Below are positions 23,724 to 35,900 of a DNA stretch of 43,365 nucleotides, one piece after another. Positions within the stretch are counted from its first letter, which is position 1. Each line of letters begins with the position of its first letter. The stretch is from Perkinsus chesapeaki ATCC PRA-425 (lineage: Eukaryota; Protista; Perkinsozoa): positions 1 to 43,365 of the forward strand of contig JAAPAO010000282.1 of NCBI GenBank assembly GCA_013115145.1, given 5' to 3'. The translations under genes were made by a program, and so were the position numbers. Below the pieces are notes generated by a model. It was not told where the DNA came from, did not search any database, and saw only the letters and a program-made list of their open reading frames with translations.

Positions 23724-24666
23724 GTATTCATTTATCGAATTCAGTTTACCGTGTCATTTTCAGGAATAATAAGGAATCAATCACTTTGAGATTCAGGAAG
23801 CTGAAGTGGGGGGATGTGCCCTCGGCTGGAATGGAAAATCTAATGCTTGTGCCCTGTAAACCGAAGGATGTATCTGATAGAGATTTGGTAGGGAATATTG
23901 GTGTAGTGGTCGGTGGTGTGGTTTTAATGCCGATGGTCGTGGGTTCTATTCCCGGTGTGTCGTCGTGGGATTGAAAGATTTTAGTGATGTCAGTAAACTA
24001 TATCTACTCCGTCGGTCATCATTATCATCGGTGATATCAGTAGTCAGTTTATAATGAAAAATAGATAATCCCTTATCATGATTGCCAGCATTATTTCCGC
24101 TGACACCCCTGCACCTCATTAGCCCCTGAGCCAGTCACCACCACCACCACCAGCAGCAGCACTCTAATCCCGTCTGTGGAATATTTTAATTGTTTTTATA
24201 AGCTCTCTAAATATCATGTTCATCGGTCATGTCAGCATCGTCGATAGACCAAAGTAATGATTAGTCTTTGGCGAGCTGGGTACATGTGTACTCATATTAT
24301 CAATGCAAGTCGTTGGTTATGTGAATGTGAATAATAGTTATCAAAAAGATGATGGCGCATTTATAGATAGAGGGCGGCGGCTTCTCTCTGTTATTGAGTA
24401 GGATGTATTATGACGTGAAGTTGGGTTACTTAATAGTATATATTAATATATGGTATCTATTATAAATATACGGCTTAAATACGGACAAAAGCAATCGTAG
24501 TATTAGTAGCCTGTAGTCATTGATCATTCCTTTCTCCAACCCCTCACTGCTGAGGGGTTACTACTGCTGCTGCTAGTGCTCTATTGTTAGTATAGTAAAA
24601 TAGTAATGGTGAGAATAATGACGTTGTTAGCTGACGTTGTTTTAGATATCATATTGGACTACTTCG

Positions 24667-25026
24667 ATGGCACGAGTTCAAGATGGTATTTTTACGCCCA
24701 AGCCAGAACAACGGGTTGAAGGAGATAATTCACCTGAGGAGAGCTCACCTGAGTCACCACACTCATCGATAGATAATGAAGAACAACAGCAGCCTTCAGA
24801 GGAAGAAGAGAAGGAGGAGGAGGAGGAGGAGCGGAGAGTTTCACCACGGAAAAGGAAGGCGGCTCCGACGGCGGAGGTGCCTTCTGCTGGACCAAGTGGG
24901 CGTTCGAGGAGGGGAACAGGGGCCGCGGCGACGATGGTCCAGAAAAAAAGGAGGAGAGCTCCCTCGGCAACAAGCGATGAAAGTTATACGGACAGTGAAA
25001 TGGAACCAACGTTTCCGGATGATTAG
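24667..25026 (+). CDS. Acidic/basic low-complexity protein or terminal exon, with NLS-like motifs
   Basis: 119-aa ORF with poly-E, SPRKRK and KKRRR. Upstream exons are possible. Confidence 0.4.
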   Translation: MARVQDGIFTPKPEQRVEGDNSPEESSPESPHSSIDNEEQQQPSEEEEKEEEEEERRVSPRKRKAAPTAEVPSAGPSGRSRRGTGAAATMVQKKRRRAPSATSDESYTDSEMEPTFPDD

Positions 25027-25239
25027 TATTTGAACTATTATGTATCTTACCCTAATCGACCTTAGATATACGGGCTTCCCGTGAAATGATTAGGTTTTGC
25101 TTATTAATTGCAGACAGTTTTATATTTCTCAGACGTTAACGTTTGAACTATTTATGGTATTATTATTCACCACTAATAGAGATGTTTTTGTTGAAGTTTA
25201 ATTAACCTATTCCGTATCTTCCTAGCTTGAGCTAAAGAT

Positions 25240-28200
25240 ATGCCGCGAGAAATAGTAACCTTGCAAGTAGGCCAATGCGGCAATCAAGTTGGTAGTGAAT
25301 TCTGGCAACAACTCTGCGCAGAACACGGTGGGTATCAATTGACATATTTCGTATCATGCGTGGTTCAAGCTAAGATTCCATCAGGTATTGATCCTGATGG
25401 TATCTTACGGCCTCCACCTCCGAATCAACCTCCCCCAGAGGACAGAAAGGATGTATTTTTCTATCAAGCTGATGATGAGCATTACATACCCAGGTGAGGT
25501 CCCGGTTCGAATCCCAGCGGGGGTATTTTAATAATTTAAACCAGTTCCTGCGAGTTGAGGTACAATTTAAAAACATATTTCTGAGTTCGGGCCATTTGAT
25601 ACTAGAGCACGTTATCATCGCAAACCTGGCCCCTGTTTAAATTTGATAATTATTTTTATCGGCTGTCTTTTATTCTTTTTTATTCCAACCTTTAAGCCAC
25701 TGTAGATGAAGAACAGACATGACCGTTGCTGTTGCTATTGCTTATTTGCTTATAAAATTGTCCAATATAATTAAGCTACCCGTTTGGAGGTTTAAGGGGG
25801 GGTCTTAATGTTATTAATTATCCATTTGATAATAATTGACGGGTCTCATCCACTACAACGGCGGCTTATGAATCAGAAACCTTATAGCGCCATGGCCGCC
25901 GCCGCCACCGCCGCAGCTGATGGTACTTTACCGGTGTTGTTGTTGAATCCTTTATATTGCGTAGTGTGGCTCATACTATTATATAGTACCAACTAGCACT
26001 ATTTTGGACGATTTACTAGCAGTTGCTTAGGACAAACTGCAGTACGAAAAGTAGCCCCCATTTTTGGCAAGAACAGCTTCACACGATGATAAATTTATAC
26101 AGGGAAGCAAGCAGATCTTCTATTGTTGACCTGGTTGCGAGATTGCGCGGTGTAGTTGTACGAAATAGCATTATTAATAGTCCTATTAGAATGGGGGCCG
26201 GCCTTCTGAGAAGCAAATACGATATAATTCATCTTGTCAGTATTATTATGATAATAGTGCAGTTCAGGTCATACCAGCAGATACGTAAAAATAGAACTAT
26301 AATTACAAAAATCAAGGGCAAGTTTTGGTGTTCCGATGACTAGAATATTATAATCAGAATCATTGTGTCATGTCTGCTTTCAGAGCTCTACTCATCGACC
26401 TGGAGCCTCGAGTGATCAATCAAATTCAATCCTCTGACTTTAAGAATTTATATAACCCCGAGAACATCTACATGTCTAAAGAAGGGGGAGGGGCTGGTAA
26501 AAAGCGCGACCAGTTGATCGATTAGCATAGTAGTGGTTTAGGGAACAACTGGGCTAAGGGGTACTCACAGGCGGAAGCTGTTGAGGAGGAGATATGCGAA
26601 ATGATTGATAGGGAGGCTGATGGAAGTGATTCATTGGAAGGGTTTATGTTATTACATTCGATTGCTGGAGGTAAGGCTGGTGAAGGGGGGTGGAGAGATT
26701 TAACCTTACTTACAGCTGTATGAGAAGACTGGGATAGATGATGGTGTCTTGTGTGGGTGGTGCTGAAAAGTAGTCTGGTAGTGTTTAAAGTGGATGGAGC
26801 GAATTAAATAATAATGTCATATTTATCATCATCTTTATAGATAAGCTCGGTTATATAATATAATTCATGCTATAGGGTATTAGAGATCCCTAAATAGGAG
26901 AGCTTTGCTGCTTTACCAGTCGATTAAGATTCACGCCGATTGTCAGGCACTGGCTCTGGTATGGGCAGCTATCTCTTGGAGACCCTGTCCGACCGATATC
27001 CGAAGAAATTGCTGCAAACATACAGTGTGTTCCCGATGTTAAGTGAGACCTCGGATGTAGTTGTCCAACCGTATAACTCGGTGCTTACTTTAAAGAGGTG
27101 GGTGAGATTGGAGGAAAGTATGGTATGGATATTTGGTTGCCAGGTTGGCGTTAAATGCCGATGCAGTTGTGGTACTGGATAACACAGCTTTGAATAGGAT
27201 AGCTGCAGATAGGCTTAAGCTTAGTAATAGAGGGAGGGGGGGCGGATATGTTAGTAACGAACACAAGGTTTAATGGGCTTTGTTAGAAGAAGAACGGTAA
27301 AGGCGGAGGATTGTGTTTACTATGGTATTCTAAATAGTGCTTGAAAATGGTTATATATCTATTATAGTAAATAATTAACATTCAGTAAAATATAATAATA
27401 ATACAGTTCTCCTCTTTCTCCTTGGTTATAGTGTATCCTATTTGAGTTGGCCGTGTTGGGGTCAGTTACTGATATTATAAGGGAACATGTCTTCGAGCTG
27501 TGTTGAAATTGTTCGGGGAAGGCTACGGCAATACGACAATGAGTTAGCTTAGCTCACGTGGATAGGTTGTTCGGGTATCAACAAGAGTCCATCAGTCTTC
27601 GGTAGAGGAGGAGGTGGGGATGCAATAGAAGCCTTGCGTTCCTAGGCTACCAGATGGGAATATGATTGATTGGCCCGGTGCTCCTGGGCCTGAAGTCGGA
27701 TGGTCCCTTAGTATGATACAAAATATTTTATTTGAATTTTTAGCGAGGTGTTGGAAATTATCCAGAGCGTTTACTGATTATTTTTAGCAACGCCAAGTTT
27801 CGCACAAACGAATCAATTGGTATCAACTGTTATGTCGGCAAGCACTACTACTCTAAGGTAACAAACTTGACTTCATTTGTATCTTACCTGATTCGACCTA
27901 AGATACCCTGGTTATATGAATAATGATATGGTTTCAATTGTAGCAAGTCTTATCCCAACTCCAAGGTGCCACTTCCTTATGACTGGGTAAGTCTCCGGTT
28001 CGATCCCCTGCGGATACATTTCAATTTAATTTCTGCTCTCATCATCCAACATGCCTTCATAAGCGGAATATGAATCCGTCTCCCCTACCTCCCTCTACAG
28101 TGTGGGAAATACCACTGGGAATCTATTTTATTATTTTCGTTAGTCTTTACTGTTGGTTGGCTGCTGAACTGTGATGACATTGCTTAACCTTTTTCCAAGG

Positions 28201-29755
28201 TCTTTTAAAAGGCTGTCTGATAATCATTTTGAGCGTTTTCCAGACAGTTGTTGTATTCTTTAGGGGAGATATGTTTGATGAGAAATACGTGCAAGAATCT
28301 GCCTGAGTCTCCTTAACATTTGCATGGTTATTCACATCAATTTGGCGCAGGTTCGATCCTCGGTGAATGCATTTTTAGATACACTCCTCTGACGGCTAAT
28401 ACTTCCATAGTGCATCAAGCTCATTCAACGGTGAGGAAAACAACTGTTATGGATGTTATGCGAAGGTGCGTCATTGATAATGCATCGCTCCGCTAAGAAT
28501 TGTGACATGTTTCAGACTTTTGCAGCAGAAAAATTTGATGGTAAGCGCATCGACTCGTCGAGGGGCATACATATCGGTGTTGAATATTATACAGGTGGGC
28601 TTGGGGGATAATCGATCACTTGATCGATTTGGATATCTTTCAGGGTGAGGTCGATCCAGCTTCTGTCCATAAGAGTCTACAGAGGATTAGAGAGCGACGG
28701 CTTGCCAGGTTCATTCAGTAAGTGACCCGGGTTCGATCCTCAGTAGAGGCAATTTAATATATGTTTTTTAAATCATATTATGATCAGGAGCTTCCCTTCA
28801 ACCTCGGATGAATTAGCTCGTGCATTTTGTGCTCTAAAAAATTGAGGGGGCGCTTTTTGTCATTTTTTTGTCATGATGATTGCGGCGGTTGTGATCGTTT
28901 GTAGCCGCGTCAGTTTCTGCTCGGCTGTGGTGTGTTATGTGCTCAGATGGGGCCCTGCAAGTATACAGGTGGCCTTGGCTAGACAATCACCATATGTTCA
29001 ACATGCTCATAAAGTATCAGGGTTGATGTTGGCAAATCATACAGCAATTAATACATTATTTGATCGGTAAAAATGCCATCGCTGGGATTCGAACCAGGGT
29101 GGGGGTGGATGATTAGGTGCCTGAAACAGTATGATAAATTGAGGAGTCGAGGAGCATTCTTGGAGCAATACAGACAAGTGAGACTGCTCCCCACTGTTAT
29201 TAATTTTGTGTCGTCTGTCTCCGCTGTCCATTACCGTTAGTCAGGCGAGAGTCAGCCTTAGTCGATCCCTTTCACTCGTTCTGGGGAACCGTTTATTATG
29301 AAAGACGATCGAGGGATAGAGATTGATTGGATTAATATTAGGATTATGAATCACAAAAATTGGAGCCGGATATGATTCTTGGGAAGTGGCATGTTACTGC
29401 TGACGTCGATCAATTATATTTTTGCCTGTGATGGACTTTCTTATTTAATCTTCAGGAGCCGATTTTCGCCGATGATCTCGAGGAGTTCAATCACGCCAGA
29501 GAGACAGTGGCCCAGCTATCTGCCGAGTGAGTTTGGTAATTCCCGCGCGCCAGGAAATTATTGCTTGATCAGATACCGTGCTGCCGAGAAGGATGATTAC
29601 ATTACCGGTGGCTTTATGATGGGTTCTGGCGGCCCCGATGGGGTGAGTTCCGTCTGAAGTTGAAATTGGTATGATGATTTTTCCAGGCCAATGTTGATGA
29701 TAGAATGCCTCATCAATCGCACCACACAGATCCTGTTAGTGTTGGGGGGATGTAA
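25240..29755 (+). CDS. TUBG: Gamma-tubulin, about 16 exons
   Basis: [111 protein letters not shown]. Final exon ends ...VSVGGM* at 29753-29755. Confidence 0.97.
25497..25529 (+). repeat. tRNA-3'-end-like intronic element 3 (sense, gamma-tubulin)
   Basis: AGGT CCCGG TTCGAAT CCCAG CGGGGGT A TTTT. The GG lies 10 nt from the donor of intron 25494-26383. Confidence 0.85.
27997..28021 (+). repeat. tRNA-3'-end-like intronic element 4 (sense, gamma-tubulin)
   Basis: GG TTCGATC CCCTG CGGATAC A TTT, 10 nt from the donor of intron 27987-28378. Confidence 0.8.
28350..28376 (+). repeat. tRNA-3'-end-like intronic element 5 (sense, gamma-tubulin)
   Basis: GG TTCGATC CTCGG TGAATGC A TTTTT, followed directly by the AG acceptor at 28377-28378. 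Confidence 0.85.
28730..28755 (+). repeat. tRNA-3'-end-like intronic element 6 (sense, gamma-tubulin)
   Basis: GG TTCGATC CTCAG TAGAGGC A ATTT, 12 nt from the donor of intron 28718-28946. Confidence 0.78.
29069..29095 (-). repeat. tRNA-3'-end-like intronic element 7 (antisense, gamma-tubulin)
   Basis: Minus strand GG TTCGAAT CCCAG CGATGGC A TTTTT, inside the 50-nt intron 29067-29116. Confidence 0.85.
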
Positions 29756-29941
29756 TTAAGTTAGATATGATCGGTTTCGTGATGATATAGAGTATTTAAG
29801 TTGAAGTTAATTAAGAGTCATTATTTGGACATCGAAAGAAGTTAACGAACCGAGATTGCTTGGGAAATCTGCAATTCTCACAGGAAATACTCTAGCGGAG
29901 CGAAGCGATTCATGAATAGCGTTTTTCATTTTCCTGTGAAG

Positions 29942-32900
29942 ATGACTGTGTCTTATGAGGTTATTATACAGAGGTTGAGGAGAAGTATTAATTGTTTATC
30001 CGATACAGATAGGAAGCTTAGACTCGATGGAGTTGTAAAAATACAAAATGAGATTAACAATATTAAAGGTGGGTGAAATAATAGAAATAAGATTTTCCGG
30101 AAAAATCTGATTTTTCCCAGAGGTTGTGGTTCCGCCGATGGGAAATATGGGGTCACCTATGAATAGAAATGACGTACAAAAAGTCGGAGAAAATTTTAGG
30201 AGGAACTTTGAGATTGAAAATTGAGATTTTCTTTCCGTCGAAATATCATGATTCTCTTACGTATGATGAAATGAGATGATTTTTACATAGAAGTAATTGA
30301 TTCAGTTTCGCGTGGTGCAGTGGCTCACTGTTCCTGTCTATAGTGGATATTATTATCCCCATTACAGATGATGAGCTGTTTGTTTAGTAATGTATTGGTA
30401 TTATTAATTTGTTATCAGGCGTGAATGACTCTGTATCGGTGTCGAGGACACTGGCTAGGTTGTATTATGAGGATTTGCATCAGCCACTCATTAAGTTATT
30501 TGGAGATCCGATGGAGAAGTTAAGATTGTTATTATTGGTATCTTCCAGGCTGCTGCTGCAACACTCATCTTTACTAAAAACAATAGCTTTGAAATCTATC
30601 AACCTGCGTTCATCACTGCCATACAAGTGACTCCACCGATGGGATACAAACACCGCATTCACCACCACAGCATCATAATAGCTCCACTAGGGTTTTTTAT
30701 GACTACAACTTTATCACAAATATTATCCGTAATACTCGATGTCCCTTCTTTCAGATTCGAACCATCTCTATAGAGATTGCCAATGATATGGTTGAGTGGC
30801 TGTCACCAGAGACCATCATAGATACCTTACCGGTCATAGCTTACTTGACAGAAGTCGCATGGCAGGTGGCATGTAGGTGCTGGTGGGGAGTATATCGAAC
30901 AGGATAAAAGGAGGCCAACCGGAGGTGTCCGAGGAACTGAGGTGTGGGCTTATACGATTGCTGATTGCTGTGATAGAGCGAACGGCTGGCAATGATGAAA
31001 TTCAAAAAGTTACTAATGAAGTAAGTGTTGTTGTCATGGTCACTCGACTTGGTGTATTTTTGCGTGTTAGGTATTGGATGTATGTGGTGTTGTATTGAGA
31101 GATGGATGCCCAGATGTTAAAAAAGAAGCATGCAAGTTAGTTGGGACAATATCGAAGATGGTGAATGGCGATAAGGTACAGTGTAATTGTATTGTCATGT
31201 TCTTCATTATATAGAAGTCACAGTTTAGTAAATCATTATTGCATCTCACTATTAGTGACCCACTATTGTTGGTGCTGGAAGAAATCTTGACAAAATTTCA
31301 GAAAAACTGTTGATCAGTTGGTTTCTTCGGTGTATGCTCAGAAGCTACGAGTAGGGGAAGTCTTTAGAACATCTGTTCTAGTGGATGGCACAATATAGAG
31401 ACGATTTGATTTCATATTTTTAACGAGATTAAAATCACATTTGTATCTGATTGGTTATTACCATTTGAGTGATTGGATTTGGCAAAATCCCAGAAAGGCA
31501 ATATTTTTGAGATGGTTAATGTTTTTGATCGAACGCTGTTGGTATTGGAGGACTTTGAAGTGGATGATGGAATAAGCAAGGATTTGTGTTGTCCACTTTT
31601 CGAAGCATCAACTTCCGAGTCATCAGAACCCCACTGGAAGGTCCATGATACGAAATTGTATATCCCCTGTGTATCAATAAGAATATGTATCAATTAGGGT
31701 AGACCGCTCCTCCTGCTGTTCATTGGAAGGGTTATTAAAGTCATTTTAGATATATAGTTCATCATCATCAAGTGAGGCGATGGTCTCAGCACTAGTCAGG
31801 AATATCCAACATCAACACTGGAAAGTAAATAAAGTCCGCGCATCGATTGCCAAAGCGTGTGATTAGATTCGTCAACAGTCATTAACCGCATTGCTCAACT
31901 TCATGTTGGTGAGGGCAACATTTAAGCTCAAGCGAGGTAACGCAATTAGCGCTCGCCCTGGTGATCGATTTAAGGTGGAGGATGTTTAATATCGGAAGGG
32001 CCACCAGTTGAGCAAATGATGTTATTTGGGCATGTTGAGGAGGTCTTGGCGGCGTTAGGAGGGTCGGGCGCGGAGGAGGGACCGATTAGAGATCGAAATG
32101 ATAAGGTTTGAGGAGGGGCATTGTGGTGATGAGATGGAAAGATACTTTTCAGGTCAGAATGACGACTGTCGAAGTAATCGAGCGGATCTTGGATGATGGG
32201 ATCAAGGTCGATTGTGATAAGTAAGGTATCTTTGCGCACTGTGAAGATTTTGGATATTTTTAGCTTGAAGGCTGCAGCATCGTGTGCTTCAATGATTGGT
32301 GGTGCAATAGATTCCTGTGATAATAAAAATGATGTTATTACGACTTTAACGCCTGAATGGGAAGCTCGAATGTTATGCCAGTTGATGGTGTTGGCAGGGG
32401 ATACTAATAATAATGGTAAGAATCACGGTTCATAAAAGCTTCGGGAACTCCTCTTTAACATTTTCCGAGATGTACTAGTAGACGCGGCCGTAGTCGACAA
32501 TCGAAGAGAATATCTTCTGTAACCTGATAAATTGTGGTAAAGCTATGTCTAGGCTGTTGTGGTACTAAATTTCGTGATACTACTGTATACAGTTGCATAA
32601 CAAAATTGCACGCTGGGCCCGCGCTGAAATGACCGTGTCAAATATGACAATGAAACGGCCCATGAAACGGTTGATCGATTTCATCTCATCGATTCTCCAT
32701 AGTGGAAATACATATACTATCCAATCTTGGCATCTCAAGCCACTCTACGGCAAGTGGACACACTGTATGTGCTACCCGATTCGATTGTGTCATTGCCAGT
32801 AGCAATATACTAGCAGGAGAGGAGCCAAAGAGCTCACAAAGGGACAGGCTCTGTTGATTTTTAATATCTTCATCTCCGACGCTTTTGGACTTTTGGATGC

Positions 32901-35900
32901 ATTCATGTGGATAGTTTGCGATGACTTGATGGGGACTTACTTCCGAAACTAGTTTACGACTTGCTGGGATGGCTGGAAATTGTCACAGACATACAGTCTC
33001 GATTTCTGGCTCGAACACAAGATGCTGTTGGTAGGTGTTTTTTGACTGTTGACTCAACGGCATTGAGCTTCGTGATGAGTTATTAAAATAACTCTCTAGA
33101 TCACTGGGGGGAAAGGCCGTTTTGGGAAATAACTTGTTGTGTGCTCGTTTTGGGTGAATCTGTGAGCCTTGAAGCTGTTCCATTTCCTCTACTGGGATAG
33201 TTTAGAAGTTTTACACCAGTTGGCGTTGGTTTGTGAGTATCTTCGATCGGCGATGTGGTAATCTGCGTCAGTTGCGAATAGATCGTTTGAAGCACTTGAT
33301 AGAGTGGCGAGGACAAAGCGTGTTGGGGTTGAGGATATTTCGAACAGTCTTGCAAAAGAGGGAGGGGAATCTCCTTTGGGGGAGTTCTTGAAGATTCCGG
33401 ATTGTCCAAGAGAGCTGCCGGAACTGTCGATGTTCGAGACTCTACAGGAAAGGCAAGCGGATATTATCGCTAAAGAGTCATTGAGATGGTAAGGAGTGGT
33501 AGATAGTCTGACCTTTTGAGTATCTTGCATGCTTCAAGCTAAGGTACGTTTCTATTTTTACCGATCCACTCGTTCGATTTTCTCTGAATGGCTTAGTGAA
33601 GTGGACAGCTGCCACCGGCGTTAGGGAGCACACTGCGAAGATGTGCACTGTAATAAGTGACGTGTGCCGGGATCGAACCTGAGACCTCTTCCTTAGGTCA
33701 TGATGATGATTGTGGACATGAATAAAGCACGCTATTATATAGAAGACATAGTCATACATATTTATAGAGCTATTCGGGATGATGATGCTGATACCGAGCT
33801 CAGGGTTACTCGGGCATGCCGTAAGTCCTGGACTTCACTTGGGGGAAAGTGTCTACAGCTGCGATATGGTAATAGTATATTAGTGTTCTTAATCGAAAAT
33901 TGCGAGTTCTGAAAGAATGTGATTTGTCATTGTATTTATATAGATTCTTATATTGCTGTTCAACTACGTTTCCTCGGGATAAAACTCTCCAGATTCCTGT
34001 GCCAGCTGACAGTTGGCAACTTTCCTTCAGGTACTCTGTTCAGCGTTATTATCAATCGTTTGGGTCCACATGAATTTGAGCTCATCGTTGATATAATGGC
34101 GAGACACACCGGTGTTTTGGTGCCAAGTCAGTCCAATGCGCGTGCGTGCAGTATTTCATACCACTTTTTTATCGTAGCATCTTTTAGGTGGCGATGATTA
34201 TTGGAATGAAGAGATTTTGGGGCGCGTGACAACTCGGGTGGTTGGAGACCGGAAGCCAATCGGTTACCGCATTAGTTCGAGGGAAGCAGCAGAAGTATCG
34301 GCACGGTATTTCGTGGCGCGTGACTTTGATTTCAGGATGTTCTCCTTCTCCTTGGAGACGCGCTCGAGATACACAATGGTCACACGATATCGGCTGACGT
34401 GACATCAAAGGTGTTGGATATCTTGGCGAATCTTGCGAGTGCGCACTATGGTATCATTACTGCGTTGCCACGAACTCTGAAGGGAGTACTTCAACTTGGA
34501 GCTGAGAGTATCTTTTGGTGTAGCTCGGTCAAGTGTGATATTTTCATCAGGTCTTTCGGAAGTCATCATCACGCGCATCTTCGGCCTGCTGCTAAGATGC
34601 CTGGCATCAGATTCGGATACCCAAGAGGTTAGTTGGATGACCTCTCCTTCGATAACGTATCTTTCGGCGTAGGTTGATGCATGCATTTCACTGATCGCAG
34701 CACGTGATGGCGTGCAGCCTTCTGTTGTTTATGATCTATTTTTTAGCGTTCAAATGGTGAGTGGGAGTCCACCAAAAATAGGCTTAGTTTGGCGGCACAG
34801 GAATCCATCCTTGTTGAGAGTCTCGACGAGAACTGGTCGGATTCGGACCCTTCAAGGAAGATGCTACGTCAGCTTGTCATACAAAGCTCTGAGGACACCA
34901 TCGCCGACTACATCGCCGAGACTGAACGAGCAAAGATGCTTATCGAGGTCGGGGTGACGCTTGAGGAGCGTTTAGATATTCCTAGAAATAATGCAGTTCA
35001 TTTTTCCTCTTGCTCTATGAAAATTTCCTATCGAAGTTCGCATTATATCTTCATCACGTTGAGGACAATTATCGACTTTTAAGTGACAAAACAGTTCTCT
35101 AAGCCTGTATGCATCCTTCCTGCGCACTCGAAAGGTTACACTAGGTCCGTTTGTTTTTCTTTTATACTTTGAAATTGCTAAATCGGATCTTGTAATATTG
35201 GCACTATGTCATTCCAGCTGCATATGAGCCAACGGTCGCCAGCTGTTGTGATATAAATTCGCTCGTTCTTATCCACGCTGGTGAGCAAAAGGAGCTCTGT
35301 GGGATTCTCAATAATGCGGTTGATTCCTACGACGCTGGTCCTTGCAGGATGCATAACTTAATAGTATTCCAAATATACTTCACCGAGTCGACTCGAAAGT
35401 TCGATGATGACTCGTTGAGCAAGACCAACAGAGTCACTAGAATCATGAAATATGTTTCGGAATTGAGCCGGACTTCCTGGCCATCCCTCGGCAGGTTTTG
35501 AAGAATCAGTCCGATCCAGAGACATGTACGCCGACATGCCGAGTTGACGTCATCGAGGCTGTTTATGAACTAGCTAAAAGATCCACAGATGGAAAGGGGT
35601 ACACGAGTCACGCGCCACGAAATTGCGTATCTTCTGGCAGGGTTTTGATGGACGTTATGAAAGGTGGTCAGAGTGACGTTAGAAAGGAGGAGAAGAACTT
35701 AACTGTTGGCTGTGAAATTGACGAGCATTTTTGGGGGGGAATAACAATGAATTTAGGTTTGTCGATACAGCAAGAGATACCTTTGTCGATCCCACCGAGT
35801 GTGCAGTTAGTTGAAGAAGTTGTTGTCCCCAATCTTGTGTGGCGACCAGGTCAGGTAGGAATGATAAGCTACACTTTCTGTTAGGGAGGAGGAGAAGGCT

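Noticed and set aside
23935-23963. GGTCGTGGGTTCTATTCCCGG, a one-mismatch B-box sharing a 12-mer with element 2
   Set aside because: Core mismatch, no A discriminator or T-run, and no intron context established. It may be a decayed copy but is not counted.
26052-26200. 9-bp inverted repeat (GCCCCCATT/AATGGGGGC) considered as MITE ends
   Set aside because: Too short, and no target-site duplication or second copy was seen.
26497-26541. Gamma-tubulin intron starting GTAAAAAGCGCG, with antisense ATCGATC at the right spacing
   Set aside because: It lacks the GG and CC of the B-box. It may be an eroded copy but cannot be supported.
27541-27700. A-box-like TAGCTCACGTGG and a short SRP-helix-6-like stretch in a long intron
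   Set aside because: No cloverleaf partner and no SRP helix 8 motif.
28171-28220. Possible C/D snoRNA (GTGATGA...CTGA) in a gamma-tubulin intron
   Set aside because: Only about 50 nt, with no terminal stem and no recognisable rRNA guide.
30755-30763. GGTTCGAATCT match on the minus strand
   Set aside because: The core lies in DNAAF5 coding sequence (IRTIS) and no T-run follows, so it is treated as a chance match.
33568-33593. CGTTCGATTTTCTCTGAATGGCTTAG in a DNAAF5 intron
   Set aside because: Only partial similarity to element 5, with no CC and no A+T-run.
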